This document shows positions 1 through 11,693 of a DNA stretch of 56,557 bases, piece after piece. Below the pieces are notes generated by a model. It was not told where the DNA came from. It saw nothing but the letters and a program-made list of their open reading frames with translations, and ran no database searches. The stretch is from contig CAJVPI010000090.1 in the NCBI GenBank assembly GCA_910592345.1, positions 1 to 56,557 of the forward strand. The letters run 5' to 3'. A program made the translations under genes and the position numbers. Numbering within the stretch: the first letter of the stretch is position 1; each line of letters begins with the position of its first letter. Source of the stretch: Paraglomus brasilianum (taxonomy: Eukaryota).

Positions 1-1
1 T

Positions 2-955
2 TACAACAAAAATACGAAATTAGCAGAACAACAGAGAAAATTGGTAGATGAGCATTTTATAACAAGAGGTAAAGCTGGTTATTGTAGTGTTGATGCTACT
101 GCTCATTACAGTTACGATTGAGCGCAAAATGTTCACGTGCCCCATTCCGATCAACAGGTAAGTAAGATTTATTATCTCAGTCCGCGTAAAGTACATTTAT
201 TTGGTATACAAGATGAAGCAGTACGCGAACAAATTAACTACGTTCTTGATGAAGACGAAATTATCGGCAAAGGTCCTAACGGCACACTGAGCATGGTATT
301 CGATGGGATTAAGCGATTGAATAAAGGTGAAAAATATTTAAAGATTACTTGTGATAACGCGGGTGGACAGAATAAAAATAATGCGACCATTTGATTTTAC
401 TTATATTTAGTAATTTGCGGTTATTATGAAAGTATCGAATTAAATTTCATGGTACCTGGACATACTAAATTCAAGTGTGATGGTAGTTTCGGATTAATTA
501 AAAAACTTTATCGAAAAACAACGGTAGATTGTGTAAAACATATTGTTGAGGTTGTGAAAAAATCGAGTACAGCTGGATTAAATAAAGCTCAGTGTTATGA
601 CAGTGGAGAAGGCTTTCAATACTTAGATCTTAATTCGGTATTGGGAATTTTCTTTAAAAAATTGAATGGTTTGCAAAAATATCAGCATTTTGTATTTGAA
701 GCAGCTAATCTTGGAATTGTCAAAGCTCAGTTGGTTGCTAATGGTGCTTTTACCGAATTTAATTTGTTAAAAACGATAAAAGCAAACGTTTCTGAAATTA
801 CCAAAGAAATTAAATCCTTTTCCATCTTAGTACTAACCCCTCCTCCTTTGGATTACAAAAGACAGGAGTATCTTTACCAAAACATTCGTGCATTTGTCAG
901 AGATGAGTTTAAAGACATTACTTGTCCAAGACCAACCTATACTGGCAGTGAATAA
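2..955 (+). CDS. Sola-like DDD transposase (DUF7869-type), 5'-truncated by the window edge; continuous only if TGA=Trp
   Basis: One frame from nt 2 to TAA at 953-955 with only two TGA (119-121 in YD[W]AQN, 392-394 in NATI[W]FYLYL). This joins track ORFs 137..394 and 449..955. Motifs DWAQN..P..YYLSPRK..LFGI, DNAGGQNKN and PGHTKFKCDGSFGLIK match Sola-type transposases. Confidence 0.75.
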
Positions 956-1123
956 AATATTTAAACTAAATGCTCTCTGTCTAAACTTTTACCAAATGTT
1001 GCTAGATTCACCCATGTTTAATTTTTAAAGCCTAAATAAAAAATATTAAAATAACTATATACTTAATATTTCTCATAAAAAGGATAAAAGTATATTAAAA
1101 AAATAAATAAAAATAAATAAAAA

Positions 1124-1918
1124 ATGGTAAACACAGAACTCCAAGAAAATAATAAGAAACTATTAGAAGAAAACCAACAATTAAGGATAATTGCTCGTGA
1201 TAGTCGGGCTACAATATTTGAAAGAAAAATTGAAAATGAAAACTATGTTCTTAAAATTGCTGAATTGAAGAATTATAAAGAGCAGGTCGAAGGCTTAAAA
1301 AGAAAAACAGTAGAACTTTTATCGTTTTGACATAAGGAAGAAACTCGAAAAGAAAAAAACAATTGAGGCAGTTGACGTGAAAAGGGGCAATGGGATTTCT
1401 GGCATGAAGAAGAATTAAAAGGATTAATGAGCAGAACAGAAGAAGAACTAAATGAGGTTATTTTTGCAGTTATCAAAAAATTGGAAGACGATGTTAAAGA
1501 CCGCACTGAGTCATTAGAGGCGAGTGGAGAATGAAAAAAATATCAAGCAGAAGATATAAAAGAAAAAAACAGGAAACTCAAAAGTGCTAGTGAAAAAATT
1601 TCTTATCTAGAAGCCCGAGTTGAAATTTTAGAAGAAGAGTCAAGTCAAAAGAGCAAAAGGATAGAAAAGCTAAGTAAGCAATTATCTGATAGTGAATCAC
1701 AAAATGAAAGTTTAAAGAGTTTACACTATTTAAACAGCAAACCTTTGCCTGCTTTACCTGTTGAAGAAGAAAGTAAATCATCCTCAATTAAATGGAGCAT
1801 GTTTAAACAATTAAAAACAAAAACAAAGGTTAAGATTCAAAAATTACTAAGTCTAGTCAAAAAGGAAAAATTTCACAACCAAGAAATGATTGCTCAAGTA
1901 GAAGTTAAGTCTAAATAA
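1124..1918 (+). CDS. 264-aa K/E-rich coiled-coil hypothetical protein in genetic code 4 (Mollicutes-like)
   Basis: ATG 1124 to TAA 1916-1918 with 4 in-frame TGA, 3 TGG and no TAA/TAG. Intronless, very A-rich, ends IAQVEVKSK. Confidence 0.75.
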
Positions 1919-1931
1919 ACGAGAAATTGTA

Positions 1932-2561
1932 ATGATAATGAGAGAACTGGAATACACAGTTTTAGAATTGGAGAAAGAAAGTAAAAAAACTTGTGATTTT
2001 TGCTCTAAATTTGAAAACAAAAATAACAAGTCTGTTCATCAAATAAGAGTCCGTAGCAAAGTAACTGGGGAATGAATTTCAGATGACATGGTTTGTGAAA
2101 GATGTGAAGAAAAATATTGGAATGATGAATTGTTAAAATGTAATAGATGTGGTAGATTGCAAACTAAGTTAGATTTTGATATTGTTACTGGTAAGAATAT
2201 TTGCTACTGTATTAGAAACAATGAAGTCTTGGAAGAAAAAGAGCTCCCCCTCTTACCTAATGAAGAAATAAGCCAATCTACCTTTTATGAACGACAAATA
2301 AATAAACTACAAGAAGAAAAAGCTGCAGCTGAGGAAGCACTAGAAATTGAAAGAGAAGAAGTAGCCAAATTTCAAGAAAAGTCTGAAGAGTGAAGTAAAA
2401 GACAGAAGCAAGAGTTATTGGATAAGATAAAGAGTTTAGAAGAAAAGATTAAACAATTAGAAGAGGAAAACAATTTATTGAAAGGGCAACAGAATGTTCA
2501 AATTGCTCAAATTGAAGTTAAAGAAAATAAGAGATGATCTTGATTGAAAATAAAAAAGTAA
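1932..2561 (+). CDS. 209-aa CxxC zinc-binding plus coiled-coil hypothetical protein in genetic code 4
   Basis: ATG 1932 to TAA 2559-2561 with 4 in-frame TGA. Contains CDFC, CERC, CNRC and CYC motifs. Starts 13 nt after the previous stop; C-terminal IAQIEVKE resembles the previous ORF's end. Confidence 0.75.
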
Positions 2562-2694
2562 TTTGAAGACATTTTCTATTCATTTAAATTAAAACTGTTT
2601 CAATAGTCAATACAAATAATATTTGTTTTTCTTTAGTATTAGATAATTAAACACCTGATTTTTATTGATAATTATTAAAGAAATAGATATTGCT

Positions 2695-2952
2695 TTATGT
2701 TTCTAATTTTCGTTTCTTTCTTGGTTCATCATAAGTTGGTGGTAATGTTCGTTTAATGGTTTTTATTTTTCGTTCTTCTTGATAAATTTCATAAGTAATC
2801 TTTTCTTTATCTAGATATTCCTGGAGTGTTTGGGTATCATTGATTTTAAAAACATAGGGAGCAATTTTTTCTCCTTGAGCTTTTTTCAGAATGCTTCTAA
2901 TAGTGCTGTAATTTTTGGGTTCCATAGTGGATTTAATGTAAATTAGTTTCAT
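2695..2952 (-). CDS. 85-aa basic hypothetical protein (MKLIYIKSTM...) carried near the transposon end, copy A
   Basis: Track ORF. Near-identical copy at 6796 and a decayed copy near 9290-9460; ends in an NLS-like PRKKRK. Confidence 0.55.
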   Translation of the reverse strand: MKLIYIKSTMEPKNYSTIRSILKKAQGEKIAPYVFKINDTQTLQEYLDKEKITYEIYQEERKIKTIKRTLPPTYDEPRKKRKLET

Positions 2953-3163
2953 ATTATAATTTTATATAGAGGTAATCCTATATTAATCCTGTTATGGTTT
3001 ATATTTATCACATTCTGGTATGATAAAGTGAACATTAAATTAACAGGTCCATAAGTTATGAATGAGCACCATTATTTACTTTTCAAAATGTCATCAGTCA
3101 CACTGGTCAATTTTACAGCCACATCATAAGCAGCCTCTCATTTATGTCACATAATAGAATGTT

Positions 3164-3194
3164 CACTTTGTCTGGTTTTGTTGCAGTCTGCCCC
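3164..3194. repeat. Putative transposon terminus CACTTTGTCTGGTTTTGTTGCAGTCTGCCCC, copy A
   Basis: Same motif at 6930-6959, 9666-9696 and 29462-29492, each followed by ATAT or AAAT and then unrelated sequence. Confidence 0.8.
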
Positions 3195-3240
3195 ATATTA
3201 GCATTTCAGAAATTCTTGAAATAGATTCTATACCATAAAA

Positions 3241-5456
3241 TTAATAGAGCTTACCCTTCAGATATTGATGTTTTAATTGGCACAATTGGGATGTTTCTGG
3301 GAGAGTGACTTCAACATCTGGAAGGCTGCATGAAATGCTAGCTCCTCTAAGAAGTTCCTTCAATTTGATTTTCTTATTGCCTGCTAAGCAGAAAAGATTG
3401 AGGCGCAGTGCCCAGAATTGAGCATTAAAATCTTCCCACTGCCGCCAATGCATTGGCTCTTCATAGTTGAGCATCTCTTGCCAAAAGATCATCTCATGTT
3501 CATTGGAGTTGCGAACAAGTGCACTTGTCCATATGTAAGGTATTTGGATTTGGTATTCCTTACTTGTTGTGTTATACAGGACTAGATTAAGTATCCCCCT
3601 TGAACTAAGCTCCTCATAGGTGGTAAATTCCTTGCCAACATTGATTGAATCAGTTTTTAGAACTGGCAAGCCCAATATGGCTTTTGCAAGAGTTTTGGTC
3701 AACCAATTTGAGTAATGGGTTAACTTGTAGTCATCCAGGAGCTGGATTTTGATGGCATTCATGATTTCTGAGAGATCAATATCATAAGGATTTCTCAATA
3801 TACCCAAAAGAAGGTGAAGTCATTCATAGAAATATTCCAAGGTTCTAACATGACCTCCAATATCTCCAATGCAAAGTTGATAATACTCATTGAGATGGGC
3901 ATAGTTTTCATCAAGTTTGATGGCTTTGCCAATTTTGATTGCATCTTTATTCTCAAGGAGAGGTAATGGGAGACGAAGTGATTTGTGCATAGACTCTGTA
4001 ATATAATGCTCCAAGGGTCCTTCAATTGTTCCAGCCAGAATAGGAATTAAAAAAATATTTGGAGGTGATGCACACAGTGTTCCTCCAATGGTGTTTATGA
4101 GTTTCTTACATGCCTCCTTGCTCAAGGCATGCAATTTGTTAAACTCATCGATGTCAATAACTACAACCAGCAGACCAGGAGCTTCATTAGAAGTTGTTAC
4201 TTGTTCCTTGATATCAGCATAGATAACCTCAAGGGCTGTGTCCAGAGTAAGTTTTGAAATGTCTCCAATCTGGCAGACACCACGGAATTTGGTAAAAGTG
4301 TAATTATCCCCAGTTTTATACTGAGGTCGGAAGTACTCAAATAGAATACATAGCACAAAAGATGACAGGGCACCAAGTTGCATATCTATATCATCAGCTG
4401 GGGATCCATTTCCATAGGTGGTGTTAATAACAATCATATTCTTGAAAGCATTTTTGAATTCATCATTAGAGCTGTTGGCACGTTGCAAGAGCATCTTCTC
4501 AATCTCATCAAGAAATCTGCTTTTCCCTGTTCCAGGCCCACCAGCCAAGACAGGGATGGGATGAAGTTTCTTATCACCTTCCTTGCGGCATTTAAATCTG
4601 TCCTGGACTCCGTTTCGGGCCAATATTGGGTCACCATCCCAGAGGGTGCCAATAGTGGTTTCTCGTCCACAGAGCTCAAAGATTTTACCGAAGGATTTAA
4701 CAAGCTGAAAAAATCAATTAGGCTTTGGCTGAAGAAGCTAAAATGTACAATCAAAAAATTAACAAAGCGGAGAAAAGACGCACACGGTTCCGGCCACGAT
4801 TAAAATCGAATCTTCGCATCCAGTTATACACCGAGCCACTATTGTTCCAGTTAGGTGCTAAAGTCAATGGATAAAAGATTAAACGGGGATGAGCAATTAG
4901 AAATGACGAACATGATCCGGCATCATAAATAAAAATGTCACTCACCAGTAGTGCCAGCTGGAAGGACAGAAGGTGATTAACGGGACGGGAGGCAAATGAG
5001 CGAGAAACGTCGATTTGGTATGGTTGGTAGTGGGAAAGCGGATAGATGATATGGATGGAATCGCAACGAGTACGGATAGATGGAATGAATAAATGGCGCA
5101 GTTACGAATATCCAAAGTGCAGTCGAAGTGACAAACGTTGTGACAGAGAGGAATGCGGAGGCGGACAAGATCCAGCACCATAAATAAAAATATAACTCGT
5201 GAAAATATTCGGAATGCAGTCATGGTATTTACACCCTTAACTCTCTTCTATGTATGAAACCCATATTGCTACGTCTACTCTACCCTAAGTACACACTACT
5301 CTACGTCCCCAATGCCCGAGTCACAAAGTCGTTACCTGCAGAACCTTGTTGGAGGCGGAGCTTCTCCAATTCCAACTTTTTCTGCTCGAGCTCCAACAGA
5401 CGATCAAGGTTTTCTTGAGTTTGTAAATCTTGGGGAAGTTTCTTGAAATCTTCCAT
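3241..5456 (-). pseudogene. Crinkler-like P-loop NTPase gene, spliced, frameshifted and cut off by the transposon end
   Basis: Walker A GGPGTGKS and Walker B-like VIDIDEFN in ORF 3820..4623. The reading frame shifts between 4434..4754, 3820..4623 and 3241..3807. Upstream coiled-coil exon from ATG 5456 (MEDFKKLPQDLQ...) ends in CAG|GTAACG. Confidence 0.65.
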
Positions 5457-6283
5457 GATGATAAAGACACGTAAGAAGATGTGCTGTGCGATGTGATCTA
5501 ATGTACTAACGCGGCTTAATCAATGACGTATTATGAGGAACTTTCTAGACCTTTTACTGTTCCCTGTATGCAGAATGTGACCAATGATAATTAATGCGCC
5601 GTTGTTTATTTAAAGATTTGAGTATGCATTGCAAGATTAATATAATAAGATATTTACAATAATTGATACATGTAATTTGTCATATTGACTTAAAAACAAC
5701 GTATATCGAAGATTCACTAGAGCGATTGCATGGGAGGAAATACTCGGACCCAAAGCCATTGATGAGTATCCCTATACTTTGGTCGCTCTAGTGAAATCTA
5801 TGCTATATATTATTATAAATGCTATTAACGTCTATATTTCCCTTCTCCTTTTCTTTATCTACCCATTTTTTAAGCGCTTCAATCGGTTTTCTCGATAATT
5901 GGCCTTTTAGAATAAAAGCAATAATGCTTTTTCTTCCGTGCACTTTGTGGTATTTTGTTAAATACGACTGAGTCCACAAACTTGATAAATATTTTCGCGC
6001 AATAAGCAGCTGGTATTTTGATTTAATTGTCCTTGATTTTATCGCTTAAAAAAGCGTTTGAGTTATAATTCGGACTTGGTTGTGAGTTTTATGGTAGAGC
6101 GAAGTATCAATGATAAGCAGCAGCAGCAACTCGCAGAATATTTTAATAGCGAAAGTGAACATTGAGTGGGATTGTTATTTGATTTTTGTAGATTATAAAA
6201 TTATGCTTTTGATAATACGGTTGCAATTCGATCGCTTGTAATTTGTTTCTTTAATTGTGAAATGGTGTGGTTTTATACCAATT

Positions 6284-6796
6284 TCAAAATTGTAAACATG
6301 CATCATAACCATGGACTTGAAATTTGCCGATCAAATCTAATGATTTATTCGTGTTTCCTTTTTTATACTTACCCATTGTTTCTAAAACGATACAGGTTTT
6401 GCTGATCATGAATCGTGTCGGATTTGTAGTACTTGGGCACAGCGAACCAAAATTATGTATTGTTGCTATTCTTACTCGAACAGTATATAAAGAATTATGG
6501 AAAATTGTCCCGTTATCGATAATAAAGAAACAGATATTTGCTTTATGTTCTAGCTTTCGTTTCTTATTCTTTCTTGGTTCATCATAAGATTCTCGTTTAA
6601 TGGCTTTTATTTTTCGTTCTTCTTGGTAAATTTCATAAGTAATTTTTTCTTTATCTAGATAGTCCTGGAGAGTTTGGGTATTATTGATTTTAAAAATGTA
6701 GGGAGCAATTTTTTCTCCTTGAGCTTTCTTAAGAATGCTTCTAATGGTGCCGTAATTCTTTGGTTCCATAGTGGATTTGATGTAAATTAGTTTCAT
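6284..6796 (-). CDS. MKLIYIKSTM protein copy B, C-terminally extended by a 1-nt difference at the stop
   Basis: First ~80 aa nearly identical to 2695..2952. GAA ACA TAA in copy A reads GAA CAT AAA here. Confidence 0.45.
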   Translation of the reverse strand: MKLIYIKSTMEPKNYGTIRSILKKAQGEKIAPYIFKINNTQTLQDYLDKEKITYEIYQEERKIKAIKRESYDEPRKNKKRKLEHKANICFFIIDNGTIFHNSLYTVRVRIATIHNFGSLCPSTTNPTRFMISKTCIVLETMGKYKKGNTNKSLDLIGKFQVHGYDACLQF

Positions 6797-6929
6797 ATAT
6801 TTTATTTTTATATAGAGATAATCCTATATTCAGCATATTGTAATTCAGGTAGAAGTTTACTCAATAAAGTTATATTTTGGTATGATATAAGTTTGTATAT
6901 ACTAATAATAAGATACAGCTTTGAGGAAT

Positions 6930-6959
6930 CACTTTGTCTGGTTTTGTTGCAGCATGCCC
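6930..6959. repeat. Putative transposon terminus, copy B
   Basis: cactttgtctggttttgttgcagcatgccc followed by atat. Confidence 0.75.
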
Positions 6960-7308
6960 ATATGAGAATGGCATCACACGCAAGAAAAATAATGACATTT
7001 TGCTAATCAGAATGATCAAGTTATTTCTTTGCTCTCTCATGTTTACGGAAAATCTATAGCTAATTTGTTTCTATTGCTAATATCTCTAACACAAGATTCT
7101 CATCCCTATACTCTTCTTCTACACTAGATTTTCGAAATAAACAGAATTTTTGTCTATCTATATCACATGAATTATTATTATGTAGAAAGTATCGACTTTA
7201 GCTAAGTTTCGCGAACATATATGAAGAATCAAAAAAGAGGTATTCACAATCACCAGCACACTTCATTTTTATAATATTCCACACCGTCTCATAACCAATA
7301 AGTTTGTG

Positions 7309-7950
7309 GGCAAAGGTCCTAATGGCACACTGAGCATGGTATTCAATGGAATAAGAGATTGAATAAAGGTGGGAAAACATTTAAAGATTACCTGCGATAA
7401 CGCTGGTGGTCAGAATAAAAATAATGCTACCATTTGATTTTACCTATATAGTAATTTGCAGTTATTATGAAAGTATTGAATTAAATTTTATGGTGCCTGG
7501 ACATACTAAATTCAAGTGTAATGATAGTTTTGGATTGATTAAAAAACTCTATAGGTAGATTGTATGAATCATATTGTTAAGTTGTGAAAAGATCAAGTAC
7601 AGTGGGATTAATAAAGGTTAGTGTTATGATAATGGAAAAGGTTTTCAATACTTGGATCTTAATTCTGTGTTGGGAATTTTCTTTAAAAAATTGAGTGGTT
7701 TACAAAAGTATCAGCATTTTTGAAGCAGCCAATCCTGGAGTTGTCAAAGCTCAAATGGTTGCTAATGGTACTCGTACAGAATTTAATTTGTTGAAACTAG
7801 AAAATCAAGTGTTTCTGAAATTACCAAAGAAATAAATCCTTTTCCATAACTCCTTCTCCTTTGGATTACAAAAGGCAAGAGCATCTTTATCATGATATTC
7901 GTCCATTTGTTAGAGACGAGTTTAAAGGCATTACTTGTCCCAAACCAATA
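7309..7950 (+). pseudogene. Decayed second copy of the Sola-like transposase
   Basis: Colinear with ~267-935 at high nucleotide similarity but with several deletions and frameshifts. Keeps the same in-frame TGA in gctaccatt-tga-ttttac. Confidence 0.85.
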
Positions 7951-8108
7951 TTGGATAATTTTATATTAAATAAAAATTGCTAAATGCTTTTAGTTAAATT
8001 TTTTCTCTTGATTTAATTATTACAATTATTACAATTATTAAAATAATTAGAAGATCTAACAGTAATCCGCAGCCAAACACTCAGTAATTTTTCTTTCTCA
8101 TACTTTTA

Positions 8109-9170
8109 TTAAGTTGGTTTTCTAATTCAACCTTCGATAATAAGCATCAGTTTTTCCGCAATTTTTTCGTTTTCCATTGAATCTCTTATTTCCCTTTTTT
8201 CGCTTTCTCCTCGGCTTCGGCGCCTGTCTTGTTCAAATTTAGGATGGAGAGTTCGTAAACAGCTCTTTGAGAACAAACTTCTCCATATTTTTTCAATTTC
8301 AAACATCTCGGCTGCCTAGTCATCGAAATCATATAGCCATCGCAACTTAGTTTTTTGCTTCTCTTGCATTACTTTTCCTATTTGAGCTCAGGTTTCAAGA
8401 TCGATAGCATTTATGTCTTTTGGTAAGCGATTTTTCGTTTCAATAACTGTATAACCTTTTGCTATATCTCTGCGAAGTCTATCTAGCAAAGACTTTGTTG
8501 GGTTCAATATAAATACCTTCTGTATTGGCCCCCAAAACTTTGCTTACCTGTTTTTGTTCTTCAGTGCTTATTTTCTTGGAACTTTTAGTAGTTGAGTAAG
8601 TTCCCTCGTTAACCATGTATTTAGGAACAATTCGGCAATAAAAATGATTTGTTTTGAAGACCAAACCTCCTACCGGAATGCCGATTCGAAAACCGGGAGG
8701 AGAATATACTCTATTTATTTCAGCAATGTTATCATTTAAAACAGGTAACATATCGTTTCATTCTCTTTGGCTTAAATCTTTATTGCGCTTTTTGGTAACA
8801 AGTACACAATGTCCCTTAGATCTAATTTTGGAGTAAGTAAAAACACTATTTTCTAAGTCAGTCACTAAGGTTTTGAGTAGCGATTTTCCATCATCAGCTT
8901 TATCACTTAAGACTTTTACGATATCACACATTACACGTGCAAGCTGTGCATTAGGATTGTGTTGACCAGAACACCATTCTGTCAAGTGAAATGTTTTTCT
9001 ATTTCTTTTGCAGCTCTTTTTCCATAATCCGCACAATAACTGCACTTATGGATTTTGGTTTCTGACAATACTCCACATTGAGAACATAAAAATGTTCTCG
9101 GTCTCAGCGGCTCATGCCGCGTGTTTCAAAATCGCTATTTTCATAATTAAATCTTGCCCTTAAATTGTTG
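8109..9170 (-). pseudogene. Decaying code-4 cargo gene with an N-terminal CSQC..CSYC motif
   Basis: Track ORFs 8758..9045 and 8479..8751 join in frame through TGA (SQRE[W]NDMLPV). Further TGA=Trp occur downstream, plus frameshifts and one TAG. Confidence 0.55.
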
Positions 9171-9665
9171 CAGTAAAAGTATTTGTAAAGAAAAGAATTA
9201 TTATTATTGTTATCTTAAAATGATTTTGCCAAAAAAAATTTTACGATTGTAAGTCCACTCAACAAACGACTGTTGGATTTGTTTCTTCAAGTTTTCGTTT
9301 CTTTTATTAGTTATGATTTTTCGTTCTTCTTGATAAATTTCATATAGTAATTTTTCTTTATCTAGATATTATTTGAGAGTTTGGGTATCATTGATTTTTT
9401 TTTAAAATACTTCTAATTGTACTGTAATTCATGGTGGACTTAATGTAAATTAGTTTTATATTAATATCTGCAAGCAAAACGTTTATCTCAACCAAGTTTA
9501 CAATTTGATACCAAGTTAATACAGATTTTAAAATGCAAATAAATTTATTCATGATGAATTCTGACATGGCCATAGCTGTTACTGTGCCACGAATAATAAT
9601 AAATCAAAGCTAATCAGTCATTCTAGCCAATTTTTCAGCCACACTAGCTCACATAATAGAATGTT

Positions 9666-9696
9666 CACTTTGTCTGATTTTGTTGCAGTCTGCCCC
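9666..9696. repeat. Putative transposon terminus, copy C
   Basis: One mismatch to copy A, with the shared subterminal tcacataatagaatgtt; followed by atat. Confidence 0.8.
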
Positions 9697-10794
9697 ATAT
9701 TATTTCTCTGGTCACCATTATTGAAACAATTACGCTTTTTCCAACTAGATAAACATTGGAAAGAAATTTCTTTAACGCATAATAATAAACTATCACAACC
9801 ACAATTAAAACATCTTAAATTTTATATTTAAATAGTTTCCTCCCTGAGTATTGTTTCTCTTCTATGGTTGGTGAGCTAGTACGCTTTGATCAGCTTGGGT
9901 CCATATGGTTTCTAATTACACGTTCATGAATTTGTTTGCAGAAATTTACCGGAAAGAAAGATCTTGTTCGACCGACTATCAATACTAAATTCCCCATTTT
10001 TAGTATTAGCATACAATTTTTAACATTCAATATTAATATGCATTTTCCCATATACCATTCTAATCCCTATAGGCTTCAAATTTTAACTATCCATGCTTCA
10101 TAAGATTATTATTTCACCAATTTCCACGAGTACTTATTTATTTTTTCTGATACTCGTATGTTTTTGAAGCAATAAGAATTTATTTTTCTATGATTAACTC
10201 ATTGCGAATACTAAGATCGTAAATTTGTCATTGAAAGTGAACTCCTTCAATGACTAATCTGTCTTGTGATTATAAGAATTTGAAATATGAAACCCGCTGA
10301 CCCGTAGAAGACGTCTTTCGGTCATCTTCAGAAATATTCATGTTTGATATTTGAAAAAGAGTGGTTGTTGTCATTGTCAATTATTGAAGTTTATCAGCAT
10401 TGTTAAAGTATCATTAAGGTGACAGCCGCTTTTTGGCTCCTTTCAGATTTCAAAAATTAGATTGTAACTGAAGGATGTTTACAGTTTTGCAGACTTTCTA
10501 CCTTGCACGAAAACACAATAAACGTGAATGTTCCAGAAGCTTCTATTAATTCTAAAGATATTCCCGTAACAAAGTTATCAGAAAGCGAGACACAAACACA
10601 TGCCGTCAAACTTCCATTAAAGAGAATAACAAGCATAAACTTGGAACAGACCGATTGTAAAAACATCAACCCTTGAAATTAGAATCAAAAATTACAAACG
10701 CTGTATATATAGACGAAAACTACTTGAAACAAAGGTAAATAATCAGGTCTGAATTTATTATGTAATGCGCAAATAATGTCGCTTGCTCGTGTTC

Positions 10795-11693
10795 TCATTG
10801 TGACTCATCCTCTTCGAGAATCTGCGGGTTCCGAGCAAATTTTCTTCTCCAGGCGCGCTTCTCCTCCTGCAATAGAAATACAACCAATGTAAGAGACTAG
10901 ATGCTGTTCTTGATTTGATTGAACAGCACGGTAAAGATCAAGACTCTATTACAATACTATTATTCAATTATACATTAATCGATGCTGTCTTATCACTAAA
11001 TTCTATAAGATAGGAACCAAATTCATTTTAATTCTCGCTATCGCTAAAAGACTAATTAATCGTTTTCGATTTTTGTTAAATTACGCTCACTCATGAGTCG
11101 TTCTCGCCTTCATTTGTTATATCCAAACCTCAGATTTTCCATGCAGCACTCCCTTGAATCGTCCAGTGAATTCATAGGTTCCCATTAACGTTCCGATGCC
11201 CACACATGCACCTAGGCTCAGAGGCCAAGAATTTGCTTGATTATGTCATCGAATGTTAAATTAAACAAATCAGTTCTACTGTATTTAATATGAGAGAGAC
11301 ACTGATACACTGCGAAAAAATTCTACCTCTTATTCCCGCTGCTAACCCGGCCGCACAACCTGCAGCCGCACTATTGACCCAATCGTCACTTTTTCGTATG
11401 TTAGCCGTAGTTGCACGTGTTACCGCAAATATCCCACCGATAAGTGCTGATTGTATGGAAAGAAAGGTTAAGGTTATTTATTGCCTGGATTGTTATACTA
11501 ATGCCTTATTTTCTTTACCAAAATGTGCCATTGATCCTCCTGCTTTAGTAAGTACGCCAGACGCTCCTACACCCTCTGTCTGCAGCGAGTTCTGCAGAGC
11601 AGCAACCACGAAACCAATGCCAGCAAAAGCTAAACCCGCTTTTAGTCCATCATTAACTGGATCTTTGGCATGATAGACTTCTTCGGCGGTCAT
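10795..11693 (-). CDS. Complex I accessory subunit NDUFA11/B14.7-like (Tim17/Tim22 family), 4 exons
   Basis: Exons translate to YHAKDPVNDGLKAGLAFAGIGFVVAALQNSL, IGGIFAVTRATTANIRKSDDWVNSAAAGCAAGLAAGIR, a GACVGIG..YEFTG exon and EEKRAWRRKF..*. GT-AG introns; TGA stop at 10795. Confidence 0.8.

Noticed and set aside
2..2561. TGA codons as products of RIP or random nonsense decay
   Set aside because: All 10 interruptions are TGA with no TAG/TAA or frameshifts, and one is shared with the diverged copy near 7435.
5730..5772. Hammerhead ribozyme (GAAA and TTGATGAG present)
   Set aside because: Stems I and III cannot be formed, and the core is not CUGAUGA.
6963..7005. Degenerate left terminus of element C
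   Set aside because: Similarity to the inverted terminal motif is too weak to support.
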